A DNA stretch of 64,000 bases, taken from the NCBI GenBank assembly GCA_000438115.1, contig FR903596.1, positions 34,815-98,814 on the forward strand, in the 5' to 3' direction. The stretch comes from Prevotella sp. CAG:617 (lineage in GTDB: Bacteria; Bacteroidota; Bacteroidia; Bacteroidales; Bacteroidaceae). The notes under the pieces were generated by a model. It saw nothing but the letters and a program-made list of their open reading frames with translations, ran no database searches and had not been told where the DNA came from. The position numbers and the translations under genes were made by a program. Of the stretch, positions 51,790 to 63,834 are shown piece after piece (position 1 is the stretch's first letter; every line of letters starts with the position of its first letter).

Positions 51790-52803
51790 ATGAAACGGAT
51801 GTTTCTATATGCAGGCGGTTGCCTGGTTATAGTTTTTTGCGTGGTTTACTGGTTGTTTTTTGCTGCAATTTCCTCTGCAGACGAAACCGTTTTTGTGAAA
51901 ATTGATGCCGATGATAATGTTGATTCGGTTTATGCAAAGGTGAAGAATATATCTCATGCTGTTCCATATGCAGGGTTTAAGTTGACGGCAAAGGCGATGG
52001 GGTATGATAATCATGTGCGTACGGGACGGTATGAGGTTAATACAAATATTGGCGCATTTCGTCTGTTGCGTCATTTGAAGAATCGGCAACAGGCTCCTGT
52101 GCGTTTGACGATTCCTACCGTACGTACCGTGGAAAGACTGGCTTCTGAATTGTCCAGGCAACTGATGCCGGATTCGACGGCTTGGGCAAACGCCTTGCAA
52201 AGTGAAGCTTTCTGCAAGGCGCTGGGGTATGATACATCTACAATTATGTGTGTATTCATTCCCAATACCTATGAAGTGTATTGGGATGTGACTCCCGAAA
52301 AATTCTTGCAGAAAATGAAGAAAGAAAGCGATGCTTTCTGGACATCTTCGCGTCGGCAGAAGGCTGCTGATGCCGGACTTACTCCGAACGAGGTGATTGT
52401 AGTGGCATCAATCGTTGAGCAGGAAACCGCGAATAATGCTGAAAAACCGATGATTGCAGGTATGTATCTTAACCGCTATCATAAGGGGATGAAACTGCAG
52501 GCTGACCCTACCGTAAAGTTTGCTACGAAACAGTTCCAGCTCCGGCGCATTAGTGGTAGTATATTGTTTACAGACAGTCCGTACAATACCTATAAGTATG
52601 CCGGGCTTCCTCCAGGTCCTATCTGCATACCTTCAATGGCCAGTATAGAGTCTGTGCTGAATTATGTGCAGCACGACTATTTATATATGTGTGCCAAGGA
52701 AGATTTTTCGGGAACACACAATTTCGCGCGCACCTATGCCGAACATCAGAAAAATGCCCAAAAATATACTGATGCCTTGAACAAACGTGGTATTATGGAA
52801 TAG
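51790..52803 (+). CDS. mltG: Endolytic murein transglycosylase MltG (YceG family)
   Basis: N-terminal TM anchor; YLNRYHKGMKLQADPTVKFA...YNTYKYAGLPPGPI. Confidence 0.88.
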   Translation: MKRMFLYAGGCLVIVFCVVYWLFFAAISSADETVFVKIDADDNVDSVYAKVKNISHAVPYAGFKLTAKAMGYDNHVRTGRYEVNTNIGAFRLLRHLKNRQQAPVRLTIPTVRTVERLASELSRQLMPDSTAWANALQSEAFCKALGYDTSTIMCVFIPNTYEVYWDVTPEKFLQKMKKESDAFWTSSRRQKAADAGLTPNEVIVVASIVEQETANNAEKPMIAGMYLNRYHKGMKLQADPTVKFATKQFQLRRISGSILFTDSPYNTYKYAGLPPGPICIPSMASIESVLNYVQHDYLYMCAKEDFSGTHNFARTYAEHQKNAQKYTDALNKRGIME

Positions 52804-52901
52804 AACCAAATTGAAGGGCAAATGATATAACTTACTTTTTTTGAGGGGCCTTGCCGTAGGTTTTCAAAAAAAGATTATCTTTGCACTAATATAAGAATAC
52901 G

Positions 52902-54446
52902 TTGAATTTCAAAAAAGACAAGATGCACCAAAAAATTATTATTTTGGATTTTGGCTCACAAACTACCCAACTTATCGGACGTCGTGTCCGTGAGTTGGAT
53001 ACATTTTGCGAAATCCTACCTTATAACAAGTTCCCGCATGACGACCCCAGTGTGATTGGCGTCATTCTGAGCGGGTCTCCTTACAGTGTGTACGATCCTG
53101 AGGCCTTCAAAGTGGACTTGTCCGAAATTCGAGGCAAGTATCCTGTGCTGGGTATTTGCTATGGCGCCCAATACATGGCGCAGTTGTATGGAGGCAATGT
53201 GGAGCCGGCCGGAAGTCGCGAATACGGACGGGCCAACCTGCAATACGTAGAACAGGGTAATCCGCTCTTTGAAGGTTTTGACGACAATTCGCAGGTATGG
53301 ATGAGTCACGGAGATACAATTACCAGTATTCCGGCAGATTTCCATTGCATAGCCTCAACCGATAAAGTGAAATTTGCAGCCTATCAGGCTGATAACGAAA
53401 AACTTTGGGGCGTACAGTTCCATCCGGAAGTGTTCCATAGTACGCAGGGTTCATTGTTGCTGAAGAATTTCGTGGTCAATATCTGCGGATCCAGACAGGA
53501 TTGGAGTGCAGCTTCGTTTGTTGACAGTACGGTAGCTGAGCTCAAGGAACAGTTGGGTAACGACCGCGTGATTCTTGGTTTGAGCGGTGGTGTCGATTCG
53601 TCAGTGGCAGCCGTGTTGCTTAATCGTGCCATTGGAAAGAATCTGACCTGTATTTTTGTGGACCACGGCATGCTTCGCAAGAATGAGTTCCAGAATGTAA
53701 TGCATGATTATGAGTGCCTGGGGCTGAATGTGGTAGGCGTGGATGCAAGTGCGCGCTTTTTTGAACAGCTTAAAGGTGTAACTGATCCGGAGAAGAAACG
53801 CAAAATCATCGGTGCCGGATTTATTGACGTCTTTGAGGAAGAGGCCCGTAAGATTGAGGATGCCAAGTGGCTGGCTCAGGGTACTATTTATCCAGACCGT
53901 ATTGAGAGCTTGAATATTACGGGAAAAGTAATTAAAAGTCATCATAATGTAGGCGGATTGCCCGAAAAAATGAACCTGAAGCTTTGTGAGCCCCTGAAGT
54001 GGTTGTTCAAAGACGAGGTCCGTCGGGTTGGTCGTCAGTTGGGCATGCCTGAGCATTTGATTACGCGTCATCCGTTCCCCGGTCCGGGATTGGCCGTGCG
54101 TATTTTGGGCGATATTACTCCTGAAAAAGTGCATGTTCTGCAGGAAGCCGACGATATTTTCATACAGGGACTGCGCGACTGGGGGCTTTATGACCAGGTT
54201 TGGCAGGCCGGAGTTATCCTGTTGCCAATCAAGAGCGTGGGCGTAATGGGCGACGAGCGTACATACGAGCGGGCTGTGGCTTTGCGCGCCGTAACGAGTA
54301 CTGATGCAATGACGGCCGATTGGGCACATTTGCCTTATGAATTCATGGCTAAGGTAAGCAATGAAATAATCAATAAGGTGAAGGGCGTAAATCGCGTATG
54401 CTACGATATCTCCTCAAAACCACCTGCAACGATTGAGTGGGAATAA
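52902..54446 (+). CDS. guaA: GMP synthase [glutamine-hydrolysing]
   Basis: GATase [19 protein letters not shown]...GICYGAQ; ATP-PPase SGGVDSSV; C-terminal dimerisation ...IEWE. The more likely start is the internal Met at 52923. Confidence 0.93.
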   Translation: MNFKKDKMHQKIIILDFGSQTTQLIGRRVRELDTFCEILPYNKFPHDDPSVIGVILSGSPYSVYDPEAFKVDLSEIRGKYPVLGICYGAQYMAQLYGGNVEPAGSREYGRANLQYVEQGNPLFEGFDDNSQVWMSHGDTITSIPADFHCIASTDKVKFAAYQADNEKLWGVQFHPEVFHSTQGSLLLKNFVVNICGSRQDWSAASFVDSTVAELKEQLGNDRVILGLSGGVDSSVAAVLLNRAIGKNLTCIFVDHGMLRKNEFQNVMHDYECLGLNVVGVDASARFFEQLKGVTDPEKKRKIIGAGFIDVFEEEARKIEDAKWLAQGTIYPDRIESLNITGKVIKSHHNVGGLPEKMNLKLCEPLKWLFKDEVRRVGRQLGMPEHLITRHPFPGPGLAVRILGDITPEKVHVLQEADDIFIQGLRDWGLYDQVWQAGVILLPIKSVGVMGDERTYERAVALRAVTSTDAMTADWAHLPYEFMAKVSNEIINKVKGVNRVCYDISSKPPATIEWE

Positions 54447-54481
54447 TCCGACTCCGGTGGAATAGGAATAGAATATATTAT

Positions 54482-54528
54482 CTCAAGGCGCAATGATACA
54501 GTTTTGTAAGTTGCGCCTTGAGTGTTTT
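54482..54528 (+). terminator. guaA intrinsic terminator
   Basis: CTCAAGGCGCAA-(17-nt loop)-TTGCGCCTTGAG + TGTTTTT. Confidence 0.65.
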
Positions 54529-55044
54529 TAGGGTAAGTGTTTCCAACCTTTTTTCATATAGATATGTGATTAAAGTTGTCTGGCGAAGAAAAAATCCGGC
54601 AACTTGGTGTTTTCGGGTCCGACTTTGTAAAAACAAATTGCCGGGTTGTTTGAATTTGTCGGTAGTTTTTTATGGCAATAGTGCGGACAGGCCGGATGTG
54701 AATGGATATTGTTTATAATAAAGGTAGGAGTGGAAGGACAAATGCCGGTGTTGTTAAGGGGGGGGGAGACTTGTTGTATATGGATTTTGGGGGAAAGGCA
54801 GAAAAAATGGGGCTTGTGAAGCTGAATTAGCAAATGCAGTTTGCAAATTGATGATGCTCTTTTTACCTAATTGCCGCTTTGCTTTAGAATACGTTGAAAA
54901 AGCAAAAAATAAGTGCATTTTTTTAGCTGTGAAAGGTGCGGTTAAAAAAGAAATTCGTAAATTTGTGCTCGGAAGAACGGATATGCTTGTATGGATTCGC
55001 GTAAAGGTTGAAAACAGGCATGAAGAAGTTCAGTAGAAAAGTGA

Positions 55045-56085
<1,041 letters not shown>

Positions 56086-56136
56086 TAGCTGAGTTAACGT
56101 AACGAAGAAAACATAATAAAATCTGTTTCTCATTGC

Positions 56137-57096
56137 ATGATGAGGAACAGATTTTTTTGTATATTTGCGACTATGCAAGAAAAAAAGTACGACATCATAA
56201 CAATACTCGGCCCGACAGCTTCGGGAAAGACGGCTTTGGCAGCTGCATTGGCAGCGCGGCTTGACGCTGAAGTTATTAGTGGAGACAGTCGGCAGGTATA
56301 TCGTGGGATGGACATAGGTACCGGAAAGGATCTGGACGATTATGTGGTAGAGCAAAAACGGGTCCCGTATCATCTTATTGATATTGTAAATGCTGGCGAA
56401 AAATATAATGTATACCAGTTTCAGCATGATTTCCACGAAGCTTTTGATGAGATAAAAGAAAGAGGGCGTAAGGTAGTATTTTGTGGTGGGAGTGGCCTCT
56501 ATCTGGAATCGGTCTTGCGGGGATATAAATTATTGCCCGTTCCTCAGAATGCTGCGTTGCGTGAAGCGTTGTCCGATAAATCGTTGGATGAACTTACGTA
56601 TCTATTGTCAACTTATAAGACGTTGCATAATACAACCGACGTTGATACAGTCAAGCGCGCCATTCGGGCAATTGAGATTGAGGAATATTATAAGTTGCAT
56701 GCTCAGGAAGTTGCTGATTTTCCGCACTTGAGTAGTTTGACTATTGGGCTGGACTTGTCTCGTGACGAGCGGAGGCGCAGAATCAGCAGACGTCTGGACT
56801 TGCGGCTGAAAAATGGAATGGTTGAAGAGGTGAAAGGCCTTTTGGACAGTGGCATACCTGCTGAGGATTTAATTTATTACGGGTTGGAATATAAATTTGT
56901 GACATTGTATTTGACCGGAAAAATGGATTACGCTGAAATGTATCAGAAACTGGAAATTGCCATTCATCAATTTGCCAAAAGACAGATGACTTGGTTTCGG
57001 GGTATGGAAAGGCGAGGTATACCGATACACTGGCTTCAGGTGGATAACGGGATAGAAAGTAATTTGAAAACCATTTGTGGAATGCTTAAACAGTAA
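56137..57096 (+). CDS. miaA: tRNA dimethylallyltransferase
   Basis: ILGPTASGKTALA...ISGDSRQVYRGMDIGTGK; the likely start is the internal Met at 56173. Confidence 0.9.
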   Translation: MMRNRFFCIFATMQEKKYDIITILGPTASGKTALAAALAARLDAEVISGDSRQVYRGMDIGTGKDLDDYVVEQKRVPYHLIDIVNAGEKYNVYQFQHDFHEAFDEIKERGRKVVFCGGSGLYLESVLRGYKLLPVPQNAALREALSDKSLDELTYLLSTYKTLHNTTDVDTVKRAIRAIEIEEYYKLHAQEVADFPHLSSLTIGLDLSRDERRRRISRRLDLRLKNGMVEEVKGLLDSGIPAEDLIYYGLEYKFVTLYLTGKMDYAEMYQKLEIAIHQFAKRQMTWFRGMERRGIPIHWLQVDNGIESNLKTICGMLKQ

Positions 57097-57101
57097 GGAA
57101 T

Positions 57102-58034
57102 ATGTCGGTTCAAACAAATTGGGGAGTTATATATTGTCCTAAAGTTGGAGTAAATTCAAAGGACAAAAGATGGCAGAAGATTAAAAACTATCTGACAGCT
57201 CAAGGGGTGTCGTTTGATTTCGTAAAGAGTGACGGACCGGCGTCGGTGGAGCAGTTGGCTGCGATGTTTACTCAGAAAAAATATCAGACCATCGTGGTTG
57301 TCGGAGGTGACGCTGCGTTGTATAATGCCTTGAATGGGATTATGGCGCTCACGGATAAAGTGACTGACCGGCCGGCTTTAGGCGTAATTCCAAATGCTTA
57401 TGTGAACGATTTTGCACGCTATTGGGGTATTGATACGAGTGATTATAGAAAAGCCGTGCAGACACTGATGCACCGTCGTATAAGGAGAATTGATGTCGGA
57501 ACAGTGTTGTATGGAAACGGAAGTACAAAAATCAAGCGTTATTTCCTGAACTGTATGAATGTAGGCGTGGTGGCTTCAATTATGAGCTTGCATAAACGGA
57601 CCAAGCAGATATTTGGCTTCCGGACGTTGTCTTATTTGGCTTCAGCTTTTCTGTTGGTTTTCCAAAGGATGTTGTTTACGCTGAAAATGAAAGTAAATAC
57701 AGATTGTGTAAGTGCCCGTGTAATGAATCTGTGCGTAGGGTCGGCACGAGGTTACGGCATGACGCCAAGTGCTGTTCCGTATAACGGACAGTTGGATGTG
57801 TCAATGATTTCACATCCGGAATTAACCAGTTTGTTTCAGGGGTTGTGGCTGCTTTTTACCAGTCGCTTCTTAGGGCATAAGAATGTTAAGTCCTGGCGAA
57901 CCAGGAATGTGAAGATAGAGGAACTTCCGAACAACGTCAAGGTGAGTATTGATGGTTGGGTAATAGGGAATGCCGAAGGTGAGATTGAAGTTGGCATACA
58001 GCCGGAATCTATTGATTTTATTATTCCGGATTGA
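57102..58034 (+). CDS. Diacylglycerol kinase-family lipid kinase (YegS/DAGK_cat)
   Basis: IVVVGGDAALYNALNGIM...GVIPNAYVNDFAR; 310 aa. Confidence 0.75.
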   Translation: MSVQTNWGVIYCPKVGVNSKDKRWQKIKNYLTAQGVSFDFVKSDGPASVEQLAAMFTQKKYQTIVVVGGDAALYNALNGIMALTDKVTDRPALGVIPNAYVNDFARYWGIDTSDYRKAVQTLMHRRIRRIDVGTVLYGNGSTKIKRYFLNCMNVGVVASIMSLHKRTKQIFGFRTLSYLASAFLLVFQRMLFTLKMKVNTDCVSARVMNLCVGSARGYGMTPSAVPYNGQLDVSMISHPELTSLFQGLWLLFTSRFLGHKNVKSWRTRNVKIEELPNNVKVSIDGWVIGNAEGEIEVGIQPESIDFIIPD

Positions 58035-58063
58035 GCCTTTTCATAGCTCTTTTCTTTCTCGAT

Positions 58064-58801
58064 TTAGCCAATGCGGGATATTTTTCGTAGTCCCTCTTCA
58101 TCAATTAATTTTATTTTTCTGCCATCTATTGCGATTAATTTTTCCTGGGCAAATATGGAGAGCGTACGGATGGCATTTGAAGTTGTCATATTTGAAAGGT
58201 TCGCCAAATCTTCACGTGAGAGGTATATGCTTAAAGTTGATTGGTCTTCTTCTAGGCCGTAGCATTCTTTTAGGAATAGTAGCGATTCCGCAAGTCGACC
58301 TCTTATGTGTTTTTGAGTGAGATTAACGGTACGTCTGTCAGCAACACCCAAGTCTATGGCCATAAGTTTATTAAAGTACATGGACAAACGATTGTTCTTG
58401 TTTAGGACCTTTAAAATTAAGTCCATGGGAAATTCACAGAGTATGGCAGACTCAAAAGCAGCTGCGGCAGTAATATACTCTTGCTCGCCAGCCAAATAGG
58501 CACGATATCCGAAATACTGTACAGGCTTAATTACACGGATAATTTGATTGCGCCGACAAACGCCAGTCCGAAATATTTTTACTTTTCCTGCTATTAAGCA
58601 AAGCAGTTTGCTGGGATAGTCGCCTTCGCTGTATATAATTTGGTTCTTTTTGAAATATTCAATGCTGATGGATTCCGACAATTCTGATTGCTCTTCGGGA
58701 GTAAGCAAATTCCATAAATCGGAAATTTTATTTATCGCTTCGTTCTTCGTTATTGTTTTTTGGGGAACCATTCTGTGTTTCAAAAATATGTTTGTGAACA
58801 C
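58064..58801 (-). CDS. Crp/Fnr-family transcriptional regulator (cNMP-binding + C-terminal HTH)
   Basis: cNMP-binding beta-roll (FKKNQIIYSEGDYPSKLLCLIAGKVKIF), C-terminal HTH (REDLANLSNMTTSNAIRTLS). The start is at 58801 or at the internal Met at 58771. Confidence 0.82.
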   Translation of the reverse strand: MFTNIFLKHRMVPQKTITKNEAINKISDLWNLLTPEEQSELSESISIEYFKKNQIIYSEGDYPSKLLCLIAGKVKIFRTGVCRRNQIIRVIKPVQYFGYRAYLAGEQEYITAAAAFESAILCEFPMDLILKVLNKNNRLSMYFNKLMAIDLGVADRRTVNLTQKHIRGRLAESLLFLKECYGLEEDQSTLSIYLSREDLANLSNMTTSNAIRTLSIFAQEKLIAIDGRKIKLIDEEGLRKISRIG

Positions 58802-59131
58802 AAAAATAGAAAGAATTTGTGATATTTCAAATTTGTAGGAGAATAATAGCCGCGCCTTTTGTTAATGTTTGAAAATATTAGGATGAATGATGACATGTGT
58901 TTATAACATAGGATTTCAGAAGGTTAGGAGCTTTGAATTTGGGTTTAAAAGAATAGGAAAAAGGCGGGTTCAAGATGAGGACGGTTATTAAAAAAAGCAG
59001 GTTGCGGTAAAAATGTTATGAAATATTTTCGTGTTGGAATATTTTTTTATATTTTTGAAGTAAATAAACATGATGGCAGCTATATACTGCCATGATTATT
59101 ATATTTAACCTTAAAAAAGAGTGCTAAGATT

Positions 59132-61090
59132 ATGTGCTATCTGAGATTTGATAAAATGCAAATGACGAATTTGCAGGAATCTTTGTTCAAGGAGATGCTG
59201 ATAACCAATAGATCTGGAGCTTATTGTTCAACGACATTGGTCGGATGCAATATCAGAAAGTATCATGGACTTTTGGTCTTGCCAGTACCGGGATTGGATG
59301 ATGAAAATCACGTTTTATTGTCTGCTTTGGATGAGACAATTATTCAGCATGGTGCTGAATTTAATTTGGAACTTCATAAATATCAAGGTGAGAACTATAG
59401 CCCCAAAGGGCATAAGTATATTGTAAGTTTTGAATGGGAGTCAGCACCTACTACTATATATCGTATAGGTGGAGTTTTGCTGAAAAAGGAAATGGCTTTT
59501 CATAGCCAGGAACACAAATTGTATATAAGATATACTTTGTTGGATGCCCATTCTGCAACGGTTTTGCGTCTTAAACCTTATTTGGCTTTCAGAAGTGTGC
59601 GGCAATGGACTCATGAAAACAGTAATGCCAATCTTGCGTATGAAAAAGTGCGTAATGGTATAAAAATGTGCTTGTATCAGGGGTATCCGGATTTGTATAT
59701 GCAAACGAGTAAGAAGTGCGAGTTTGTATATCAGCCGAATTGGTATATGGGGCTGGATTATCCCAAAGAACGAGAGCGTGGATATGATCCAACTGAGGAC
59801 TTGTTGGTTCCGGGCTATTTTGAAATGCCGATAAAAAAAGGTGAGCAGATTGTTTTTGCGGCATCAATTCAGGAAAGTGCTCCTTTAAATTTGAAAAAGG
59901 AAATTGATGAGCATATCGCAAATCTTAATTTGAGAGATAGTTTTTATCATTGTCTTGTTTGTGCTGCTCATCAGTTTAATATTCAGAAGGATGGTGAAGA
60001 ATATATCGTAGCCGGTTATCCGTGGTTCAAGTGTCGCGCTCGTGATACTTTTATTGCTTTGCCAGGTTTGACTTTGTCTATCGGAGAGAATGAGCAATAT
60101 GAAAAGTACATGAATACGGCATGCAAGGCCATCCTGGATCTGATAAATGGACGGCCCGTGAGTGTCCAAATTTATGAGATGGAGCAGCCGGATACCTTGT
60201 TGTGGGCTATTTGGTGTATCCAGCAGTTTGCGCGTTATAATAGCCGGAAGGTTTGCTATGAAAAATATGGTAATCTGTTGGTTGAGATTATTAAATATAT
60301 AATTGAAGGAAAGCATCCTAATTTGTCCTTGCATGATAACGGGTTGTTATATAGTTGCGGAGTAGATACCCTAATTAGTTGGATGAATTCTACTTCAAAC
60401 GGACGCCCTATTATTCCTAGATCTGGCTATTTGGTTGAATTTAATGCCTTGTGGTATAATGCCCTGAAATTTGTCAGTTTGACATTGTCTGAATTAAATG
60501 ATCCACAGTATCAAGACTTTGTGGAACAACTTAATAGATTGGCTGGAATTGTCGAAAAATCGTTTAAAGATGTATTCTTGAACGAGTATGGCTATTTGCT
60601 TGATTATGTAGATAATAAGATGATGGATTGGAGCGTTCGTCCTAATCAGCTGTTTGCCATAGCGTTAGATTTTTCACCATTGGATATTAAAGAGCAAAAA
60701 AAGGTGCTGGATATCTGTACGAGAGAGTTGCTAACACCGAAAGGAATCCGCTCGCTTTCTCCCAAGAGTGGGGGCTATAATCCATTCTATGTCGGAAAGC
60801 AGGTAAACCGTGATTTTGCTTACCATCAGGGAACGGCATGGCCTTGGCTTACGGGATTCTATTTGGAAGCTTATTTCCGCGTGTATAAAATGAGTGGTAT
60901 CAGCTATATCGAACGTCAGCTGATTGGTTTTGAGGAAGAGCTTTTTTATCATTGCGTCGGAACTATTCCTGAATTATTCGATGGGAATCCACCATTTAGC
61001 GGTAGAGGAGCTATTTCTTTTGCCATGAATGTGAGCGGAATCTTAAGAGCGATTCGGCTGTTGGAACGTTATAAAGTAGATGACAAATAA
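59132..61090 (+). CDS. Glycogen debranching enzyme (amylo-alpha-1,6-glucosidase, archaeal-type GDE)
   Basis: 652 aa with a GDE N-terminal domain (RSGAYCSTTLVGCNIRKYHGLLV) and a C-terminal (alpha/alpha)6 barrel domain (...YHQGTAWPWLTGFY...). Confidence 0.82.
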   Translation: MCYLRFDKMQMTNLQESLFKEMLITNRSGAYCSTTLVGCNIRKYHGLLVLPVPGLDDENHVLLSALDETIIQHGAEFNLELHKYQGENYSPKGHKYIVSFEWESAPTTIYRIGGVLLKKEMAFHSQEHKLYIRYTLLDAHSATVLRLKPYLAFRSVRQWTHENSNANLAYEKVRNGIKMCLYQGYPDLYMQTSKKCEFVYQPNWYMGLDYPKERERGYDPTEDLLVPGYFEMPIKKGEQIVFAASIQESAPLNLKKEIDEHIANLNLRDSFYHCLVCAAHQFNIQKDGEEYIVAGYPWFKCRARDTFIALPGLTLSIGENEQYEKYMNTACKAILDLINGRPVSVQIYEMEQPDTLLWAIWCIQQFARYNSRKVCYEKYGNLLVEIIKYIIEGKHPNLSLHDNGLLYSCGVDTLISWMNSTSNGRPIIPRSGYLVEFNALWYNALKFVSLTLSELNDPQYQDFVEQLNRLAGIVEKSFKDVFLNEYGYLLDYVDNKMMDWSVRPNQLFAIALDFSPLDIKEQKKVLDICTRELLTPKGIRSLSPKSGGYNPFYVGKQVNRDFAYHQGTAWPWLTGFYLEAYFRVYKMSGISYIERQLIGFEEELFYHCVGTIPELFDGNPPFSGRGAISFAMNVSGILRAIRLLERYKVDDK

Positions 61091-61102
61091 AAGCAGAATA
61101 AT

Positions 61103-62386
61103 ATGAAAGTATTAATGTTCGGTTGGGAATTTCCACCTCATATCTTGGGGGGCTTAGGAACCGCAAGTTATGGCATTACAAAAGGTCTTTCATTGCAACC
61201 AGATATGCAGATTACCTTTTGTCTACCTCGTCCGTGGGGTGATGAAGATAAATCTTTTATGCATATTATTGGAATGAGTGAAGTCCCGATTGTCTGGAAA
61301 GATGTGGATTGGGACTATGTGCAAAATAGAATCGGTGATAAAATGGATCCGCAGGATTATTTCAATTTGCGGGATCATATTTATGCAGATTTCAATTATA
61401 GGCTGACTGATGATTTGGGATGTATTGAATTCTCTGGTTGTTATCCTACAAATTTGTATGATGAAATAAATAACTATTCTATTGTCGCAGGAGTCGTGGC
61501 AAGAACAGAGCAGTTTGATATTATCCATGCGCACGATTGGCTGACTTATCCTGCAGGAATTCATGCCAAAAATGTGTCGGGAAAGCCTCTTGTAATCCAT
61601 GTGCATGCGACAGATTTTGACCGTAGCCGCGGAAATGTAAATCCGACTGTTTATAGTATCGAAAAAGATTGTATGGATCATGCCGACTGTATTATGTGTG
61701 TAAGTGAATTAACACGGCAAACGGTGATCAATCATTATTATCAGGATCCTGCCAAATGTTTTGTAATGCATAATGCGGTTTATCCTTTGTCTGATGATAT
61801 CAAAGATTTTGTGAATCAGCGAAATGAGGAGAAGCATCGCAAGGAAAAGGTTGTTACATTTTTAGGGCGTATCACCATGCAGAAGGGGCCGGAGTACTTT
61901 GTGGAAGCTGCCGTACAAGTGCTTCAACGTACACAAAATATACGGTTCTGTATGGCCGGGTCAGGAGATATGATGAGTAGTATGATTGAAATGGTTGCTC
62001 AGCGAGGTATTGCAGATCGATTCCATTTCCCTGGTTTTATGAAAGGTCGGCAGGTTTATGAGGCTTTGCGCGATAGCGATGTTTATGTAATGCCTTCAGT
62101 TTCTGAACCTTTCGGAATTTCACCTCTTGAAGCCATGCAGTGTGGAGTACCTTCAATAATTAGTAAGCAGAGTGGTTGCGCTGAAATATTGAACAATTGT
62201 ATAAAGGTAGACTATTGGGATATTAATGCAATGTCTGATGCCATGTATTCAATTTGTACAAATGATGCACTGTATCAGTATTTGAAAGAAGAAGGAAGAA
62301 AGGAAGTTGATCAGATAACTTGGGAAAAAGTTGGTGAGCGTATCTACGCTCTTTATTGTCAAACCATAGATAAAAATAACCGATAA
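61103..62386 (+). CDS. GT4-family glycosyltransferase (glycogen/alpha-glucan synthase-like)
   Basis: MKVLMFGWEFPPHILGGLG...; C-terminal E-x7-E region SVSEPFGISPLEAMQCGVP; 427 aa. Confidence 0.82.
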   Translation: MKVLMFGWEFPPHILGGLGTASYGITKGLSLQPDMQITFCLPRPWGDEDKSFMHIIGMSEVPIVWKDVDWDYVQNRIGDKMDPQDYFNLRDHIYADFNYRLTDDLGCIEFSGCYPTNLYDEINNYSIVAGVVARTEQFDIIHAHDWLTYPAGIHAKNVSGKPLVIHVHATDFDRSRGNVNPTVYSIEKDCMDHADCIMCVSELTRQTVINHYYQDPAKCFVMHNAVYPLSDDIKDFVNQRNEEKHRKEKVVTFLGRITMQKGPEYFVEAAVQVLQRTQNIRFCMAGSGDMMSSMIEMVAQRGIADRFHFPGFMKGRQVYEALRDSDVYVMPSVSEPFGISPLEAMQCGVPSIISKQSGCAEILNNCIKVDYWDINAMSDAMYSICTNDALYQYLKEEGRKEVDQITWEKVGERIYALYCQTIDKNNR

Positions 62387-62398
62387 ACAGGGCTAAAT

Positions 62399-63769
62399 AT
62401 GAAAACGATTTGTCTATATTTTGAAATACATCAGAACATTCATTTAAAGCGGTATCGTTTCTTTGATATCGGTACAGATCATTACTATTATGATGATTAT
62501 GAAAACGAGCGCTCAATTACGGAAACGGCCGAGCGTTCGTACATTCCGGCACTCAATGCCTTGATTGAGATGGCCCAGCAGTATGGAGATTATTTTAAAT
62601 GTGCTTTTTCGCTGTCCGGAAGTGCAATTGAATTGCTTGAGTGTCATTCTCCTCAAGTAATTGAATTGTTGCAAAAGTTATCAAATACAGGCTGTGTGGA
62701 GTTCTTAGCAGAGCCGTATTCTCATGGCTTTTCTTCGTTGGCAAACGAAGCCTGTTTTAAGGAAGAGGTTGTGCGTCTGTGCAAGAAAGTAAAAGATCTG
62801 TTCGGGCAGGAGCCTAAGATATTCCGTAACTCTTGTTTAGTTTATTCCGATGAAATTGGTGAGTTGGTGGCTCAAATGGGATTTAAAGGAATGTTGGCAG
62901 AAGGGGCACGAAACGTCTTGGGATGGAAGAGTCCGCATTATGTTTATAATTGTAATCGCGATCCGCGTTTGAAGTTGCTTTTGCGCGATTATCGCCTTTC
63001 TGAGGATGTTAGTTTACGTTTTAATGATTCCAATTGGAGCGAGTATCCTTTATTTGCAGATACGTATGCAGACTGGATTGCCCAGTTGCCGGAAGAAGAA
63101 CAGGTAATCAACCTCTTCATGGAACTTTGTGCTTTGGGTATTTTCCAACCGCTGTCATCTAATATTCTGGAGTTCCTTAAAGCTTTACCTTCTAAGTGCA
63201 AAGAACGTGGAATTGTATTTTCTACTCCTTCAGAGATTTGTGCAAAGATTAAATCAGTGGGCGAATTGAATGTATCATATCCCACATCGTGGGTTGATGA
63301 AGAACGCGACATGAGTCCTTGGTTAGGAAATGTAATGCAGCGTGAAGCGTATAACAAGTTGTATAGCATTGCTGATCGTGTCAGGATGTGTTCTGACCGT
63401 AAAATCAAGCAAGATTGGGTCTATCTGCAGGCTTCCAACAATTTGCGTTTCATGAGTACTAAGCCCAACAGTTACGGCAGCTATCGGGGTATATATGATT
63501 CACCTTACGATGCATTTACTAACTATATGAATATTTTGGGTGACTTCATTACTCGTGTGAATAACCTGTACCCTGCCGATATGGATATGGAGGAACTTAA
63601 TTCATTCCTTACAACCATTAAAAATCAGGATGAGGAACTCGTAATTAAGGATAAGGAAATAGCACGTTTACAGCACATGTTGGCAAAGTTGGAGCCAGAG
63701 ACAAAGGTAAAGAAGTCTACGGCTACCGCTAAAAAGACCACGACCAAAAAGGTGACACGCGCGAAGTAA
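62399..63769 (+). CDS. GH57-family glycoside hydrolase (alpha-amylase / glucanotransferase family 57)
   Basis: MKTICLYFEIHQNIHLKRY...FLAEPYSHGF...; C-terminal coiled coil and Lys-rich tail; 456 aa. Confidence 0.8.
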   Translation: MKTICLYFEIHQNIHLKRYRFFDIGTDHYYYDDYENERSITETAERSYIPALNALIEMAQQYGDYFKCAFSLSGSAIELLECHSPQVIELLQKLSNTGCVEFLAEPYSHGFSSLANEACFKEEVVRLCKKVKDLFGQEPKIFRNSCLVYSDEIGELVAQMGFKGMLAEGARNVLGWKSPHYVYNCNRDPRLKLLLRDYRLSEDVSLRFNDSNWSEYPLFADTYADWIAQLPEEEQVINLFMELCALGIFQPLSSNILEFLKALPSKCKERGIVFSTPSEICAKIKSVGELNVSYPTSWVDEERDMSPWLGNVMQREAYNKLYSIADRVRMCSDRKIKQDWVYLQASNNLRFMSTKPNSYGSYRGIYDSPYDAFTNYMNILGDFITRVNNLYPADMDMEELNSFLTTIKNQDEELVIKDKEIARLQHMLAKLEPETKVKKSTATAKKTTTKKVTRAK

Positions 63770-63795
63770 GTTTATTATTGAATCCATTTTCAGAA

Positions 63796-63834
63796 AAAAT
63801 GCCATGGAGGGAAAGGTTCTTTTCATGGCATTTA
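63796..63834 (+). terminator. Intrinsic terminator of the glycogen gene cluster
   Basis: AAATGCCATGG-(16-nt loop)-CATGGCATTT. Confidence 0.55.

Noticed and set aside
54570-55036. Small ORFs (87 aa minus, 62 aa plus) in the guaA-gap spacer
   Set aside because: Low-complexity or rare-codon (AGA/AGG) translations with no recognisable domain. Kept only as a finding about the unexplained non-coding stretch.
59885-60334. 149-aa minus-strand ORF
   Set aside because: Antisense to the glycogen debranching enzyme gene.
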